Assembly (NCBI GenBank): GCA_009693505.1
Contig: SHXD01000010.1
Span: 670-64,669 of the forward strand
Direction: 5' to 3'
DNA from: Limnohabitans sp.
GTDB lineage: Bacteria > Pseudomonadota > Gammaproteobacteria > Burkholderiales > Burkholderiaceae_C
DNA: 64,000 nt
Of this stretch, positions 47,654-58,200 are shown piece after piece. The notes beneath the pieces were generated by a model. That model worked only from the letters and a program-made list of their open reading frames with translations. It did not search any database and was not told where the DNA came from. Position 1 is the first letter of the stretch. Every line of letters begins with the position of its first letter. A program made the position numbers and the translations under genes.

Positions 47654-47749
47654 ATTTGCAATCAGCTTAGCATTCTATGCCAAATTGTGTACGATGAAAG
47701 AATTGTAGCGTAATTTGTGGGAATTTTAAAAGCCCTCCCAAAAATTCAA

Positions 47750-50182
47750 TCAGTGCTTCACAGCGCCAGCTTTTGTAGCCGCCTTTGCATCTGCCACAAC
47801 AGGCGCCTCTACGACTACCGGCTCTTCATCAGGCAGTGGTTGAGGCATTTTTTCAAGCGCCAATTCCAACACTTTATCAAGCCATTTCACGGGCACAATT
47901 TCCAGACCATTCTTCACATTTTCAGGAATGTCTTGAAGGTCTTTCACATTGTCTTCAGGAATTAAAACGGTCTTAATGCCACCGCGCAAAGCAGCCAACA
48001 GTTTTTCTTTCAAACCGCCAATGGCCGTGACTTCACCGCGCAAAGTAATCTCGCCTGTCATGGCCACATCGGCACGCACAGGAATGCCGGTCATGGCTGA
48101 CACCATGGCGGTGGTCATGGCAGCGCCAGCACTGGGGCCGTCTTTCGGGGTGGCGCCATCTGGCACGTGAATGTGCAGATCTTTCTTCTCAAACACATCG
48201 TCTTTGATGCCTAGCATGCGGGCACGGCTGCGCACCACGGTTCGCGCGGCTTCCACTGATTCTTTCATCACATCGCCCAAAGAGCCTGTGCGGGTAATGA
48301 CACCTTTACCCGGCATGAGCGCAGCCTCGATGGTGAGCAAATCGCCACCCACTTCGGTCCATGCCAAGCCGACCACTTGGCCGACTTGATTGGCAGCTTC
48401 AGCACGACCGTATGTGTATTTCTGCACACCCAAGAAATCATTCAGGTTATCGGGCGTAACCAGCACGGGCGCCGTCATTTGTTTGAGCAACAAACTCTTC
48501 ACGACTTTACGGCAAATTTTGGACAACTCACGCTCAAGTGAACGCACACCGGCCTCACGTGTGTAATAGCGCACAATATCTCGCACAGCTTCATCGCTGA
48601 TGCTGAGTTCTTCGATTTTCACGCCATTGTTTTTCAACTGCTTAGGCAGCAAATACTTAATGGCAATGCTGGTTTTTTCGTCTTCGGTATACCCCGACAA
48701 GCGAATCACTTCCATGCGGTCTAACAGTGCAGAAGGAATGTTCATGGAGTTTGAAGTGGCCACGAACATGACGTCGCTCAAATCAAAATCTACTTCAACA
48801 TAGTGATCGCCAAAGGTGTGGTTTTGCTCAGGGTCTAGAACCTCTAACAAAGCACTTGAAGGATCGCCTCGAAAATCGGTGCCCAACTTGTCAATTTCGT
48901 CCAACAAGAACAATGGATTGCGAGTGCCCACCTTGCTCAAGCTTTGGAGCACCTTGCCAGGCATGGCGCCAATGTAAGTGCGGCGGTGGCCGCGAATTTC
49001 TGCTTCGTCGCGCATGCCACCCAAGGCCATGCGCACATACTTGCGGCCCGTGGCTTTGGCAATCGATTGACCCAAAGATGTTTTACCCACACCCGGTGGG
49101 CCGACCAAACAAAGAATGGGCGCTTTCACTTTGTCTACGCGCTGCTGAACAGCGAGGTATTCCATGATGCGGTCTTTGACTTTTTCTAGGCCGTAGTGGT
49201 CTTCGTTCAAAACCACTTCGGCATTACCCAAGTCGTGTTTGATTTTGGTCTTCTTGCTCCAAGGCAATGCTGTAAGCACTTCAATGTAGTTGCGCACAAC
49301 AGAAGCTTCTGCAGACATGGGCGACATAAGCTTGAGCTTTTTCAACTCAGCGTCAGCTTTTTTACGCGCCTCTGCCGGCATTTTGGCGGCTTTGATTTTC
49401 TTTTCGATCTCTTCGATGTCGGCACCCTCTTCGCCTTCACCGAGTTCTTTTTGAATGGCCTTGACTTGCTCATTCAAATAAAAATCGCGCTGGTTCTTTT
49501 CCATTTGGCGCTTCACGCGGCCACGGATTTTTTTATCAACATTCAAAATATCGACTTCACGTTCAAGTTGCGTGAAGAGGTTTTCTAGGCGGTCGCGAAT
49601 GCTGGCCAAGTCCAAAACCACTTGTTTGTTTTCCAACTTCAAAGGCAGGTGCGCCGCAATGGTGTCGGCCAAGCGTCCTGGCTCATCAATGCTAGAAATG
49701 GAGGTCAGAATTTCGGGTGGAATTTTTTTGTTCAGTTTGACGTACTGGTCAAACTGCTGCATGACAGCGCGGCGCAGAGCTTCAATTTCACTGCTTTGCT
49801 CGGCCTTCTCAGCGGCCACTTCAACTGGCAACACGCTGGCCACAAAATGGACTTCACCGTCGACAATGGTTTTAACTTTAGCGCGCTGCTGACCTTCGAC
49901 CAACACCTTGACCGTGCCATCGGGCAGTTTGAGCATTTGCAAAATGGTAGAGATGCAACCAACTTCGAACATGTCGGTAGCTTCTGGCTCATCTTTGGCC
50001 GCTGTTTTTTGGGCCACCAACATGATGCGGCGGTCGGTGAGCATGGCGCTTTCTAGCGCTTTGATGCTTTTGGGTCGGCCCACAAAAAGGGGGATGACCA
50101 TGTGCGGAAAGACCACGACATCGCGCAGTGGCAACATCGGTAGGTCAAGTAATTCAGCGGGCAGTGGTGTGTGTCCAGACAT
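47750..50182 (-). CDS. lon: ATP-dependent Lon protease
   Basis: An N-terminal LPMLPLRDVVVFPHM, Walker A GPPGVGKTS and the protease motif PKDGPSAG are present. The start is taken at MSGHTPLP (50182). Confidence 0.97.
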   Translation of the reverse strand: MSGHTPLPAELLDLPMLPLRDVVVFPHMVIPLFVGRPKSIKALESAMLTDRRIMLVAQKTAAKDEPEATDMFEVGCISTILQMLKLPDGTVKVLVEGQQRAKVKTIVDGEVHFVASVLPVEVAAEKAEQSSEIEALRRAVMQQFDQYVKLNKKIPPEILTSISSIDEPGRLADTIAAHLPLKLENKQVVLDLASIRDRLENLFTQLEREVDILNVDKKIRGRVKRQMEKNQRDFYLNEQVKAIQKELGEGEEGADIEEIEKKIKAAKMPAEARKKADAELKKLKLMSPMSAEASVVRNYIEVLTALPWSKKTKIKHDLGNAEVVLNEDHYGLEKVKDRIMEYLAVQQRVDKVKAPILCLVGPPGVGKTSLGQSIAKATGRKYVRMALGGMRDEAEIRGHRRTYIGAMPGKVLQSLSKVGTRNPLFLLDEIDKLGTDFRGDPSSALLEVLDPEQNHTFGDHYVEVDFDLSDVMFVATSNSMNIPSALLDRMEVIRLSGYTEDEKTSIAIKYLLPKQLKNNGVKIEELSISDEAVRDIVRYYTREAGVRSLERELSKICRKVVKSLLLKQMTAPVLVTPDNLNDFLGVQKYTYGRAEAANQVGQVVGLAWTEVGGDLLTIEAALMPGKGVITRTGSLGDVMKESVEAARTVVRSRARMLGIKDDVFEKKDLHIHVPDGATPKDGPSAGAAMTTAMVSAMTGIPVRADVAMTGEITLRGEVTAIGGLKEKLLAALRGGIKTVLIPEDNVKDLQDIPENVKNGLEIVPVKWLDKVLELALEKMPQPLPDEEPVVVEAPVVADAKAATKAGAVKH

Positions 50183-50205
50183 GCGGTTCCCTTGTGTATG
50201 GGGGA

Positions 50206-50234
50206 TAAATGGCCCCTGTTTTCCCGATTTCAAG
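50206..50234 (-). promoter_or_regulatory. Candidate sigma-32 (RpoH) heat-shock promoter of lon
   Basis: The minus strand reads CTTGAAA-N13-GGCCATTTA, against the consensus CTTGAAA-N13-17-CCCCATNTA. It lies about 24 nt upstream of the lon ATG, with an AAGGGAA ribosome-binding site in between. Confidence 0.5.
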
Positions 50235-50285
50235 CCTTAAGTGAGTAGGGTTTTTCATCGGTGACAGGGGGTGGGCTGGAAAAGC

Positions 50286-51551
50286 TCAAGCTTGCTTGGC
50301 CGACTCGCGGTAAACAAGCAAAGGTGTGTGGTTGTCTTCAATGGTGGACGCATCGACCACCACTTTTTCAACATTGCTGGTGTTCGGCAAGTCAAACATG
50401 GTGTCAATGAGGGCCTGCTCCAAAATGGAACGTAAACCGCGCGCGCCAGTTTTACGGGCCAGTGCTTTTTTGGCGATGGCATGCAGGGCTTCAGGCCTGA
50501 TTTCCAGATCGACGCCTTCCATGTTGAGCAACTGGCCAAATTGTTTGATCAAGGCATTCTTGGGCTCGGTCAAAATTTGAACCAAGGCTTCTTCTGTGAG
50601 CTCGGCCAAAGTGGCCACCACAGGCATGCGGCCGACCAGTTCAGGAATAAGGCCGAACTTGATCAAATCCTCTGGCTCCACTTCGGCAAACACTTGGGTG
50701 AGTGAGCGCTGCTTCTTGCTCTTGACCACGGCACCAAAGCCAATGCCGGAAGCTTCGGTGCGGTTTTCAATGACTTTTTCCAAGCCTGAAAATGCACCAC
50801 CGCAAATGAACAAAATATTGGTGGTGTCAATTTGCAAGAAATCTTGATTGGGGTGCTTGCGCCCGCCTTGCGGCGGCACGCTGGCCATGGTGCCTTCGAT
50901 TAACTTGAGCAAGGCCTGCTGAACACCCTCGCCCGACACGTCGCGCGTGATGGAAGGGTTGTCTGACTTGCGTGTGATTTTGTCGATCTCGTCGATGTAA
51001 ACAATACCGCGCTGCGCGCGATCGACATCGTAATTGCAACTTTGAAGCAGCTTGGAAACAATGTTCTCAACGTCTTCACCCACATAACCGGCTTCAGTGA
51101 GGGTGGTTGCGTCGGCCATGACAAACGGCACATCGAGCATACGCGCCAAGGTTTGGGCCAACAATGTTTTGCCAGAGCCTGTTGGCCCGATGAGCAAGAT
51201 GTTGCTCTTTGACAATTCGACGTCTTCTTTTTTGGCGCCTTCTTTGTGGCGCAAACGCTTGTAGTGGTTGTAAACCGCAACAGCCAACGTGCGCTTAGCT
51301 TTTTCTTGACCGATGACGTAGTTGTCTAAGTTGGTCTTGATATCGAGGGGTGTAGGTAAGCCAGATTTAGCATCTTTGGCAATTTCGGTAGCTGGCAATT
51401 CATCGCGAATGATGTCGTTGCACAAGTCGATGCACTCATCGCAAATGAAGACGGAAGGCCCGGCGATGAGCTTCTTAACCTCGTGCTGGCTTTTGCCGCA
51501 AAAGGAGCAATACAAATTCTTTTCGGTAACTGAGCCTTTTTTATCGGCCAT
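50286..51551 (-). CDS. clpX: ATP-dependent Clp protease ATP-binding subunit ClpX
   Basis: A zinc-binding N-terminus [26 protein letters not shown] and Walker A GPTGSGKT are present. Confidence 0.98.
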   Translation of the reverse strand: MADKKGSVTEKNLYCSFCGKSQHEVKKLIAGPSVFICDECIDLCNDIIRDELPATEIAKDAKSGLPTPLDIKTNLDNYVIGQEKAKRTLAVAVYNHYKRLRHKEGAKKEDVELSKSNILLIGPTGSGKTLLAQTLARMLDVPFVMADATTLTEAGYVGEDVENIVSKLLQSCNYDVDRAQRGIVYIDEIDKITRKSDNPSITRDVSGEGVQQALLKLIEGTMASVPPQGGRKHPNQDFLQIDTTNILFICGGAFSGLEKVIENRTEASGIGFGAVVKSKKQRSLTQVFAEVEPEDLIKFGLIPELVGRMPVVATLAELTEEALVQILTEPKNALIKQFGQLLNMEGVDLEIRPEALHAIAKKALARKTGARGLRSILEQALIDTMFDLPNTSNVEKVVVDASTIEDNHTPLLVYRESAKQA

Positions 51552-51592
51552 AAACGACGCCTTGTGATTCTGTTTTGCCTATGATAACGAAA

Positions 51593-51626
51593 GAAAAACG
51601 GCGCTCTCCCATAAAGGCGGCGCCGT
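51593..51626 (-). terminator. Hairpin plus T-run (attenuator/terminator) between clpP and clpX
   Basis: The minus strand reads ACGGCGC-15 nt loop-GCGCCGT followed by TTTTTC. Confidence 0.5.
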
Positions 51627-51676
51627 CTTCAAAAAACAGGGCAGAAAAGCTAATTTCGATCCCGGTTTGTTGCGTC

Positions 51677-52285
51677 TCAGGGACGTTTTGAGATAACTTG
51701 GTCAATCAGGCCGTATTCTTTGGCTTCGTCAGCCGACAAATAGTAGTCACGCTCGGTGTCCAACTGGATCTTTTCCAGGGCTTGTCCGGTGTTTTCGGCC
51801 AAGATTCTGTTAAGTTGCTCGCGAGTTTTGAGGATTTCACGGGCGTGAATCTCAATTTCGGTAGCTTGACCGCGGGTGCCGCCCAAGGGCTGGTGAATCA
51901 TGACCTTGGAGTTGGGCAGAGAAAAGCGTTTGCCCTTGGTGCCGGCGGACAACAAGAACGCGCCCATGCTGGCTGCCATGCCGGTGCAAAGCGTAGACAC
52001 ATCGGGCTTGATGAAGTTCATGGTGTCATAGATGGCCATGCCAGCGCTGACCGAACCACCAGGAGAGTTGATGTAGAAAGAAATGTCCTTTTCAGGATTT
52101 TCGCTTTCCAAAAACAACAATTGGGCGACCACAGAATTGGCCGTGTAGTCATTGACTTCACCCACCAAAAAGATCACGCGCTCTTTGAGCAAGCGAGAGT
52201 AAATGTCATAGGCGCGTTCGCCGCGACCTGACGTTTCGATGACCATGGGCACATTGCCCAGGGCTTGAATGTCGAGTGAATTCAT
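51677..52285 (-). CDS. clpP: ATP-dependent Clp protease proteolytic subunit
   Basis: 202 aa, with [18 protein letters not shown] and an active-site GMAASMG. Confidence 0.98.
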   Translation of the reverse strand: MNSLDIQALGNVPMVIETSGRGERAYDIYSRLLKERVIFLVGEVNDYTANSVVAQLLFLESENPEKDISFYINSPGGSVSAGMAIYDTMNFIKPDVSTLCTGMAASMGAFLLSAGTKGKRFSLPNSKVMIHQPLGGTRGQATEIEIHAREILKTREQLNRILAENTGQALEKIQLDTERDYYLSADEAKEYGLIDQVISKRP

Positions 52286-52334
52286 TTTGATTCCAAACTG
52301 ATGTTTGTGAAAACGTTAAAACTTTGCAGCCGGG

Positions 52335-53648
52335 TTAAGCTTGTTGGCCCATCAACTCGTCAAAGGAGATGGTCTTTTCAGTCACTTTGGCCTTGGACAT
52401 GATGAAGTCGGACACATTGGTCTCAATGACCACCGCCTCAACTTCAGCCATGCGCTGGTTGTCACCATAGTACCAACGCATCACATCTTCAGGACGCTCG
52501 TAGCTAGAAGCCAGTTCTTCGATGTGGGCTTTGATTTGCGCTTCAGTGGCGTTCAAAGTATTGGCCTTGACCAGTTCAGCGACCACCAAGCCCAAACGCA
52601 CACGGCTTTCGGCTTGAGGACGGAAAATTTCGTCGGGGATAGGCGCCTTATCGGCGTCTTTGATACCACGCTGTTTGAGGTCGGCACGGGCGCCCTCTTT
52701 CAAACGTTCCACTTCATTTTGCACCACGGAATTGGGCAAATCGAGCTCGGCTTTTTCAACCAAGGCATTCATGGCAGCTTGCTTGTTGCGGCCTAGCAAA
52801 CGGAATTTGACTTCGCGTTCGAGGTTCTTGCGGATGTCTGCGCGCAAGCCTTCAACCGATGCGTCGGCAATGCCCAATGACTTGGCCAAGGCTTCGTTGA
52901 CTTCAGGCAAATGGGCGGCTTCAATTTTCTTCACAGTGACCATGAAGTCGGCTGTTTTGCCGGCCACGTCTTGACCATGGTAGTCGGCAGGGAATGCCAA
53001 TTGGAAAGTTTTGCTTTCGCCATTCTTCATACCGCGCACTGCTTCTTCAAACTCTTTCAGCATTTGGCCTTCGCCCACCAAGAATTGGAAGTCTGCAGCT
53101 TTGCCGCCAGAGAAAACTTCGCCGTCGATCTTGCCTTCGAAGTCAACCGTGACGCGGTCGCCATCGATAGCGGCATCAGCAGCAGCACGCTGCGAAAAGG
53201 TGCGGCGCTGCTTGCGCAAAATGTCAACGGTTTTGTCAATGGCTTCGTCGGTGACTTCCGTGCTGAGTTTTTCAACTGTTGCAGCAGCCAAGTCACCCAA
53301 TTTAACTTCAGGATAGACCTCAAAGATGGCATCAAATGCCAACTCACCTTCGGGTGCACCATCTTTTTCAGAAATTCGGGGCTGGCCAGCAACGCGCACC
53401 TTGGCTTCGTTGGCGGCAACAGCAAATGCCTCGCCAACTTTGTCGTTCATGACTTCGTATTGAACTGAATAACCGTAACGCTGCGCAACCACATTCATGG
53501 GTACTTTGCCTGGACGGAAACCGTCCATCTTGACGGTGCGAGCCATTTTCTTCAAACGGGCATTGACTTCAGATTGGATGACAGTCACGGGCAGTGACAA
53601 GCTGATTTTGCGTTCCAATTTTTCCAATGTTTCAACAGTAACTGCCAT
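52335..53648 (-). CDS. tig: Trigger factor
   Basis: 437 aa, with the ribosome-binding GFRPGKVP signature. Confidence 0.97.
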   Translation of the reverse strand: MAVTVETLEKLERKISLSLPVTVIQSEVNARLKKMARTVKMDGFRPGKVPMNVVAQRYGYSVQYEVMNDKVGEAFAVAANEAKVRVAGQPRISEKDGAPEGELAFDAIFEVYPEVKLGDLAAATVEKLSTEVTDEAIDKTVDILRKQRRTFSQRAAADAAIDGDRVTVDFEGKIDGEVFSGGKAADFQFLVGEGQMLKEFEEAVRGMKNGESKTFQLAFPADYHGQDVAGKTADFMVTVKKIEAAHLPEVNEALAKSLGIADASVEGLRADIRKNLEREVKFRLLGRNKQAAMNALVEKAELDLPNSVVQNEVERLKEGARADLKQRGIKDADKAPIPDEIFRPQAESRVRLGLVVAELVKANTLNATEAQIKAHIEELASSYERPEDVMRWYYGDNQRMAEVEAVVIETNVSDFIMSKAKVTEKTISFDELMGQQA

Positions 53649-53667
53649 GGTCTTCTCTTTTAGTAAG

Positions 53668-53754
53668 TGGTGCGCGGGGCGGGACTCGAACCCGCACAGT
53701 ATTGCTACCGTCAGGACCTAAACCTGGTGCGTCTACCAATTTCGCCACCCGCGC
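53668..53754 (-). tRNA. tRNA-Leu (anticodon TAG), 87 nt with CCA
   Basis: The reverse complement is GCGCGGGTGGCGAAATTGGTAGACGCACCAGGTTTAGGTCCTGACGGTAGCAATACTGTGCGGGTTCGAGTCCCGCCCCGCGCACCA. Confidence 0.92.
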
Positions 53755-53848
53755 GGGTCCCATTCTTATGGGTTGAATCGGTCAACCTTCTATTTTAACC
53801 ATGGAAGTGGGGACTTCTGAAGCGAAGTCACCCTTTAGATCCTCGGGT

Positions 53849-56800
53849 TTAGACCGATTTAGGGGGCGGTGCTACCTTGAACCATGCGGCATACATGGCT
53901 GGCAAAGCCAACAATGTGAGTGCAGTCGCCACAATCAATCCGCCCATGATGGCCACGGCCATGGGGCCCCAAAACACACTTCTAGAAAGAGGAATCATGG
54001 CCAACACGGCGGCTGCAGCCGTGAGCACAATAGGTCGCAATCGCCTCACGGCTGACTCCACAATGGCTTCCCAAGCGGGAACGCCCGCCGCTCTGTCCTG
54101 CTCAATTTGATCGATCAGGATGACCGAATTGCGCTGAATCATTCCCATGAGCGCAATGACCCCCAATAAAGCCACGAAGCCAAAAGGTCGATCAAGCACC
54201 AACAAGGCGCCCGCTACACCGGCTATACCCAAGGGTCCTGTGAGAAACACCAAGAAGGCTCGGCTGAAGCTTTGGAGTTGCAACATCAAGAGCGTGAAGG
54301 TGACAAACAACATGAGCGGCATTCCGGCCGCAATGGAGGCAGAGCCTTTAGAACTTTCCTCCACGGCACCCGCTACTTCGATGCGGTACTCGCCAGCATC
54401 TGTTTCCTGCCATTTGGCTTCTAATTTTTTCAATTCAGGCAACAACTGCTGACTCACTGTAGCGCCCTGAATGCCCTCAATCACATCCGCATTGACAGTG
54501 ATCGCATAGCTGCGTCCTTCACGCCACATCACGCCAGGTTCCCAATTGAAAACTGGCTTGGCAATTTGCAGCAGCGGAATGGATTTACCAGGAGTGGTTG
54601 GCACATAAGCACCCGCCAAATCGGTGATGGCATCGCGTTCAGACTGAGGTTGCCTGATCACAATGTCAATCAGTTTATCGCCATCGCGGTATTGACCAAT
54701 GGTCGATCCAGACGCGATGGTCCGAGAAGCTTGCGCAATAGATTGGCTAGTGACTCCCAAAGCGCGCGCTTTGGCTTGATCGACTTCCAAGCGAATGACT
54801 TTGACCGATTCATTCCAGTTGTCATTGACACCCCGTGTATTGGGATTGTTTCGCATGACAGCCTTCACTTCATCCGCCTTCAAGCGCAGCGCCAACGGAT
54901 CGACCCCTACCACCCGAAACTGCACAGGATACGGAACAGGTGGGCCGTTGGGCAACAATTTGACACGCCCGCGAACTTCAGGAAATTCTGAGGCCAAAAT
55001 GGCTGGCAATTTGACGCGCAGCGATTCTCTGACTTTCAAATCTTTGGACACCACAATCATCTGTGAAACATTGGATTGAGGAAATATTTGATCAAGCGGC
55101 AAGTAAAAACGCGGCACACCTGAGCCCACCCAAGTGCTCACCGAGTTCACGCCCTGCTCAGCCATCAATCTCTTTTCAACGCGCTTGGCCACTTCCTCGC
55201 TTGCGATAAAACTGGCGCCTTCAGGCAACCACACTTCCACCATGATTTCGGGTCGGCTAGAGTCAGGGAAAAATTGTTGCTGGACTTTGCCCATGCCCAG
55301 AATGCCCATGATAAACAAGCCCAAAGTGATGGCAATGGTTTTCCATTTATGGATCACGCACCAAGTGACCGCACGGCGAAAGACTTGATAAAACGGCGTA
55401 TCAAACATTTCATGAGCGACCGCCTCCTCAGAACCTCCGACATGGGGCGGTACTTTTAAAAGCAAAGTCCCCAAATAGGGTACAAAATAAACAGAGGCCA
55501 CCCAACTGATGAGGAGCGCAATCACGGTGACGGCAAAAATAGCAAAGGTGTACTCACCCGTTAAGGATTTGGCCAAACCAATGGGCAAGAAGCCAGCCGC
55601 CGTAATGAGGGTGCCGGTGAGCATGGGCATGGCTGTGAGCTCATAGGCGAAGGTGGCTGCACGGACTTTGTCATAGCCTTCCTCCATTTTTCGGACCATC
55701 ATTTCGACAGCAATGATGGCATCGTCAACCAGCAATCCCAACGCAATGATGAGTGAGCCCAATGAAATTTTGTGCAGCCCAATGCTGAAATAATCCATGG
55801 CTAAAAAAGTGACTGCCAACACCAGCGGAATGGTAATGCCCACCACCAAACCAGGTCGAATGTCCAAAGTCCACCGGCGCCACAAAGGATGGCTACCTTG
55901 GCGCTTGTGCAAACCAAGCGCCAAGAAACTGACGGCCAGCACAATGGCGACCGCTTCAACCAATGTTTTCAAAAACTCATTGACCGAAGTTGAGACGGCT
56001 TGAGGTTGATCTTGGACTTGCACCAACTTCACGCCAACGGGCAGTGACTTTTCAATGCTCGAAATACTGACTTTGAGCGCTTGGCCCAGTTCAATGATGT
56101 CGCCGCCCTTGGCCATGGACACACCCACACCAATGACTTGTTCACCGTTGTGTCGCACTTTGACTTGGGGTGGGTCGATGTAATCGCGCTTGATGGTTCC
56201 CAAATCACCCAACCTAATTTGCTGCCCTGACATGCCGCGAATTGGCATTTGCCTGAGAGACTCTAAGTCATTAAATTGCCCATTCACTCGAAGTTGAATG
56301 GCATCATTCGGCAGATTCAAAGTGCCGGCTGATTCAATGGCATTTTGCTGTCCCAACTGCGCAATGACAGAACCCATGTCAATGCCCATTGCAGCCAGTT
56401 TCTTTTGAGAAATTTCAATGAATACTTTTTCATCTTGAACGCCGAAAAGTTCGACCTTGGCAACGTCTTTCACGCGCAAGATTTTTTGTCTAACTTCGTC
56501 CGCAAATTTCTTCACTTCTGCCGGTGTAAAGCCGTCTGCTTGCAAGGCATAAATGACGCCATACACATCGCCAAAATCATCGACAAAGAAAGGGCCCACC
56601 ACACCAGCAGGCAAAGTGCCGCGCATGTCTCCAATTTTTTTGCGCACTGTGTACCAAACATTGGCCACCTCAGAGGGCTTGGAATAGTCTTTGACTTGGA
56701 AAATAATTTGCGATTCACCAGGTTTGGAGTAACTGCGAATCTTGTCTGCAAAGGGCACTTCCTGAAGGGTTCGCTCCAGTTTGTCGGTCACCTGCTCTGC

Positions 56801-57001
56801 CACTTGTTGGGCTGTAGCACCTGGCCAGTAGGCTCTGACCACCATCACGCGAAACGTGAAGGGAGGATCTTCGTCTTGTCCTAAATTGAAAAAAGCAAAG
56901 ACACCCAAAAGCATCAATACCAGCATCAAATAACGTGTGAGCGCGGGATGATCAAGCGCCCACTTGGACAGGTTAAAACCCAATTTTGGTTCTTTGCGCA
57001 T
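53849..57001 (-). CDS. RND efflux transporter permease (AcrB/MdtB-like, HAE1 type)
   Basis: 1050 aa with a 12-TM architecture and two large periplasmic loops, and typical AcrB-family sequence throughout. Confidence 0.93.
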   Translation of the reverse strand: MRKEPKLGFNLSKWALDHPALTRYLMLVLMLLGVFAFFNLGQDEDPPFTFRVMVVRAYWPGATAQQVAEQVTDKLERTLQEVPFADKIRSYSKPGESQIIFQVKDYSKPSEVANVWYTVRKKIGDMRGTLPAGVVGPFFVDDFGDVYGVIYALQADGFTPAEVKKFADEVRQKILRVKDVAKVELFGVQDEKVFIEISQKKLAAMGIDMGSVIAQLGQQNAIESAGTLNLPNDAIQLRVNGQFNDLESLRQMPIRGMSGQQIRLGDLGTIKRDYIDPPQVKVRHNGEQVIGVGVSMAKGGDIIELGQALKVSISSIEKSLPVGVKLVQVQDQPQAVSTSVNEFLKTLVEAVAIVLAVSFLALGLHKRQGSHPLWRRWTLDIRPGLVVGITIPLVLAVTFLAMDYFSIGLHKISLGSLIIALGLLVDDAIIAVEMMVRKMEEGYDKVRAATFAYELTAMPMLTGTLITAAGFLPIGLAKSLTGEYTFAIFAVTVIALLISWVASVYFVPYLGTLLLKVPPHVGGSEEAVAHEMFDTPFYQVFRRAVTWCVIHKWKTIAITLGLFIMGILGMGKVQQQFFPDSSRPEIMVEVWLPEGASFIASEEVAKRVEKRLMAEQGVNSVSTWVGSGVPRFYLPLDQIFPQSNVSQMIVVSKDLKVRESLRVKLPAILASEFPEVRGRVKLLPNGPPVPYPVQFRVVGVDPLALRLKADEVKAVMRNNPNTRGVNDNWNESVKVIRLEVDQAKARALGVTSQSIAQASRTIASGSTIGQYRDGDKLIDIVIRQPQSERDAITDLAGAYVPTTPGKSIPLLQIAKPVFNWEPGVMWREGRSYAITVNADVIEGIQGATVSQQLLPELKKLEAKWQETDAGEYRIEVAGAVEESSKGSASIAAGMPLMLFVTFTLLMLQLQSFSRAFLVFLTGPLGIAGVAGALLVLDRPFGFVALLGVIALMGMIQRNSVILIDQIEQDRAAGVPAWEAIVESAVRRLRPIVLTAAAAVLAMIPLSRSVFWGPMAVAIMGGLIVATALTLLALPAMYAAWFKVAPPPKSV

Positions 57002-57004
57002 GAT

Positions 57005-58120
57005 TTACTTTGCCACAGGTATTGACAGAGTGGCCGCGTTGTAGACCGTCACTTTTTGACCTGGCGACAACACATGGACGCCCGCACTCACAACTTGTTG
57101 GCCTGGCTTCAAACCTGAGGCAATGACCACCTCATTGCCATCCGCAGTGGCAACTTGAACCACTTGGGAAAGCACCGTTGAGGTCTGTGGATCGAAGACC
57201 CATACGGTGGTTTGCTTGGCCTCTTGGCGCAATGCGCTGGTCGGCAGTTTGATCACATCCGATTGGCTTCCTGCCAATTGGGGAGCCTGAACATTCAGTG
57301 TGATGCCCAATGGCAATGACTCTGCTTTTTCCAATGCCAATTTGACTGTGAAGGTTCGGGTGGCAGGATCGGCACTGGCACCGATTTCTCGCAAACGTCC
57401 TTGAAAGCTTTGTGTTGTGTTGCCCACCGTGACCGACATTTTTTGACCCAATTTGAGACGTCCCACCACATGCTCAGGCACCGCAAACACGGCATCGCGA
57501 GGCCCATCATGTGCAAATCGAAGCACTGACTGCCCCGCGGAAACAACCTGCCCTGGCTCGGCCTCTACGCCCGTGACCACACCAGAAGTGGTGGCAAGCA
57601 ATTTGGCATAGCCAGCTTGATTGGCTTGCGATTGGGCTTGTGAAAGGGCTTGTTCTAGGGAAGATTGCGCAGCCATCAGGCTGGCGGAGCGTCTTTCCAA
57701 TTCAGCTGCACTGATGAAATTTTGTGCCAGCAGCGCCTCGTAGCGTTTGTAGTCTGAAGCGGCCAAATCACGCTGAGCGCGCGCGCCTATCGCCTGAGCT
57801 TGTGCAGCTTGTGCCGCAAGCGCATAGTCTTGAACATCCACTTCTGCCAAAACCTGTCCGGCTTGAACGCGTTGACCCGCTTCAGCTTGACGCACCAAAA
57901 TCTTGCCGCCCACCCGAAAACCCAATCGGCTTTCTGTTCGCGCTCGCACCTCGGCGGCGTACTCTCCCTGGACGTTCAATTCAGATGAACCCACTGTCAG
58001 TAATTTCACAGAACGGATGGGTTCTGGCGTCTCTTGTTTGGGAGAACAAGCAACAATGCCCAAAATCAGAGCAAAAAACAAAATGGGGAGAGAAGTTAGG
58101 CCTGGGGCATGCTGTGGCAT
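57005..58120 (-). CDS. RND efflux periplasmic adaptor (membrane fusion protein), lipoprotein
   Basis: A lipobox LGIVACS and coiled-coil hairpin and barrel regions are present. The gene ends 3 nt upstream of the RND permease. Confidence 0.9.
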   Translation of the reverse strand: MPQHAPGLTSLPILFFALILGIVACSPKQETPEPIRSVKLLTVGSSELNVQGEYAAEVRARTESRLGFRVGGKILVRQAEAGQRVQAGQVLAEVDVQDYALAAQAAQAQAIGARAQRDLAASDYKRYEALLAQNFISAAELERRSASLMAAQSSLEQALSQAQSQANQAGYAKLLATTSGVVTGVEAEPGQVVSAGQSVLRFAHDGPRDAVFAVPEHVVGRLKLGQKMSVTVGNTTQSFQGRLREIGASADPATRTFTVKLALEKAESLPLGITLNVQAPQLAGSQSDVIKLPTSALRQEAKQTTVWVFDPQTSTVLSQVVQVATADGNEVVIASGLKPGQQVVSAGVHVLSPGQKVTVYNAATLSIPVAK

Positions 58121-58200
58121 TGGGGAATCCGAATTAATGACTGACTGGTTAGTAATTTAGGGTAATCCATGATGCTTGTCAAGCGAAAATACAAGAAACC

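Noticed and set aside
47479-47670. A 63-aa plus-strand ORF spanning the tRNA-Cys/tRNA-Gly region.
   Set aside because: It overlaps two clear tRNA genes on the opposite strand, and I see no ribosome-binding site.
1851-47749. The idea that the whole 45.8 kb between hupB and lon is a horizontally acquired genomic island.
   Set aside because: It carries many core housekeeping genes (uvrC, pgsA, efp, pncB, ahpCF, acs, murI, fumarase) and no mobility genes. It is better explained as a chromosomal rearrangement (see the finding on exchanged gene strings).
50183-50233. N-terminal extensions of track ORFs. Examples are lon from 50233, the HDAC-like gene from 20180, earP from 6668, the SDR from 24786, the DLH gene from 41145, the HAD gene from 61978 and the LivF-like gene from 15474.
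   Set aside because: The extensions lack homology-like sequence. They overlap promoters, operators or upstream genes, and canonical N-termini begin at internal start codons with better context.
53849-58120. The RND pump next to hpnCDE as the hopanoid transporter HpnN.
   Set aside because: At 1050 aa and paired with a membrane-fusion lipoprotein, it looks like an AcrAB/MdtABC-type drug or metabolite efflux system. As I recall, HpnN-type transporters are shorter and lack an adaptor partner.
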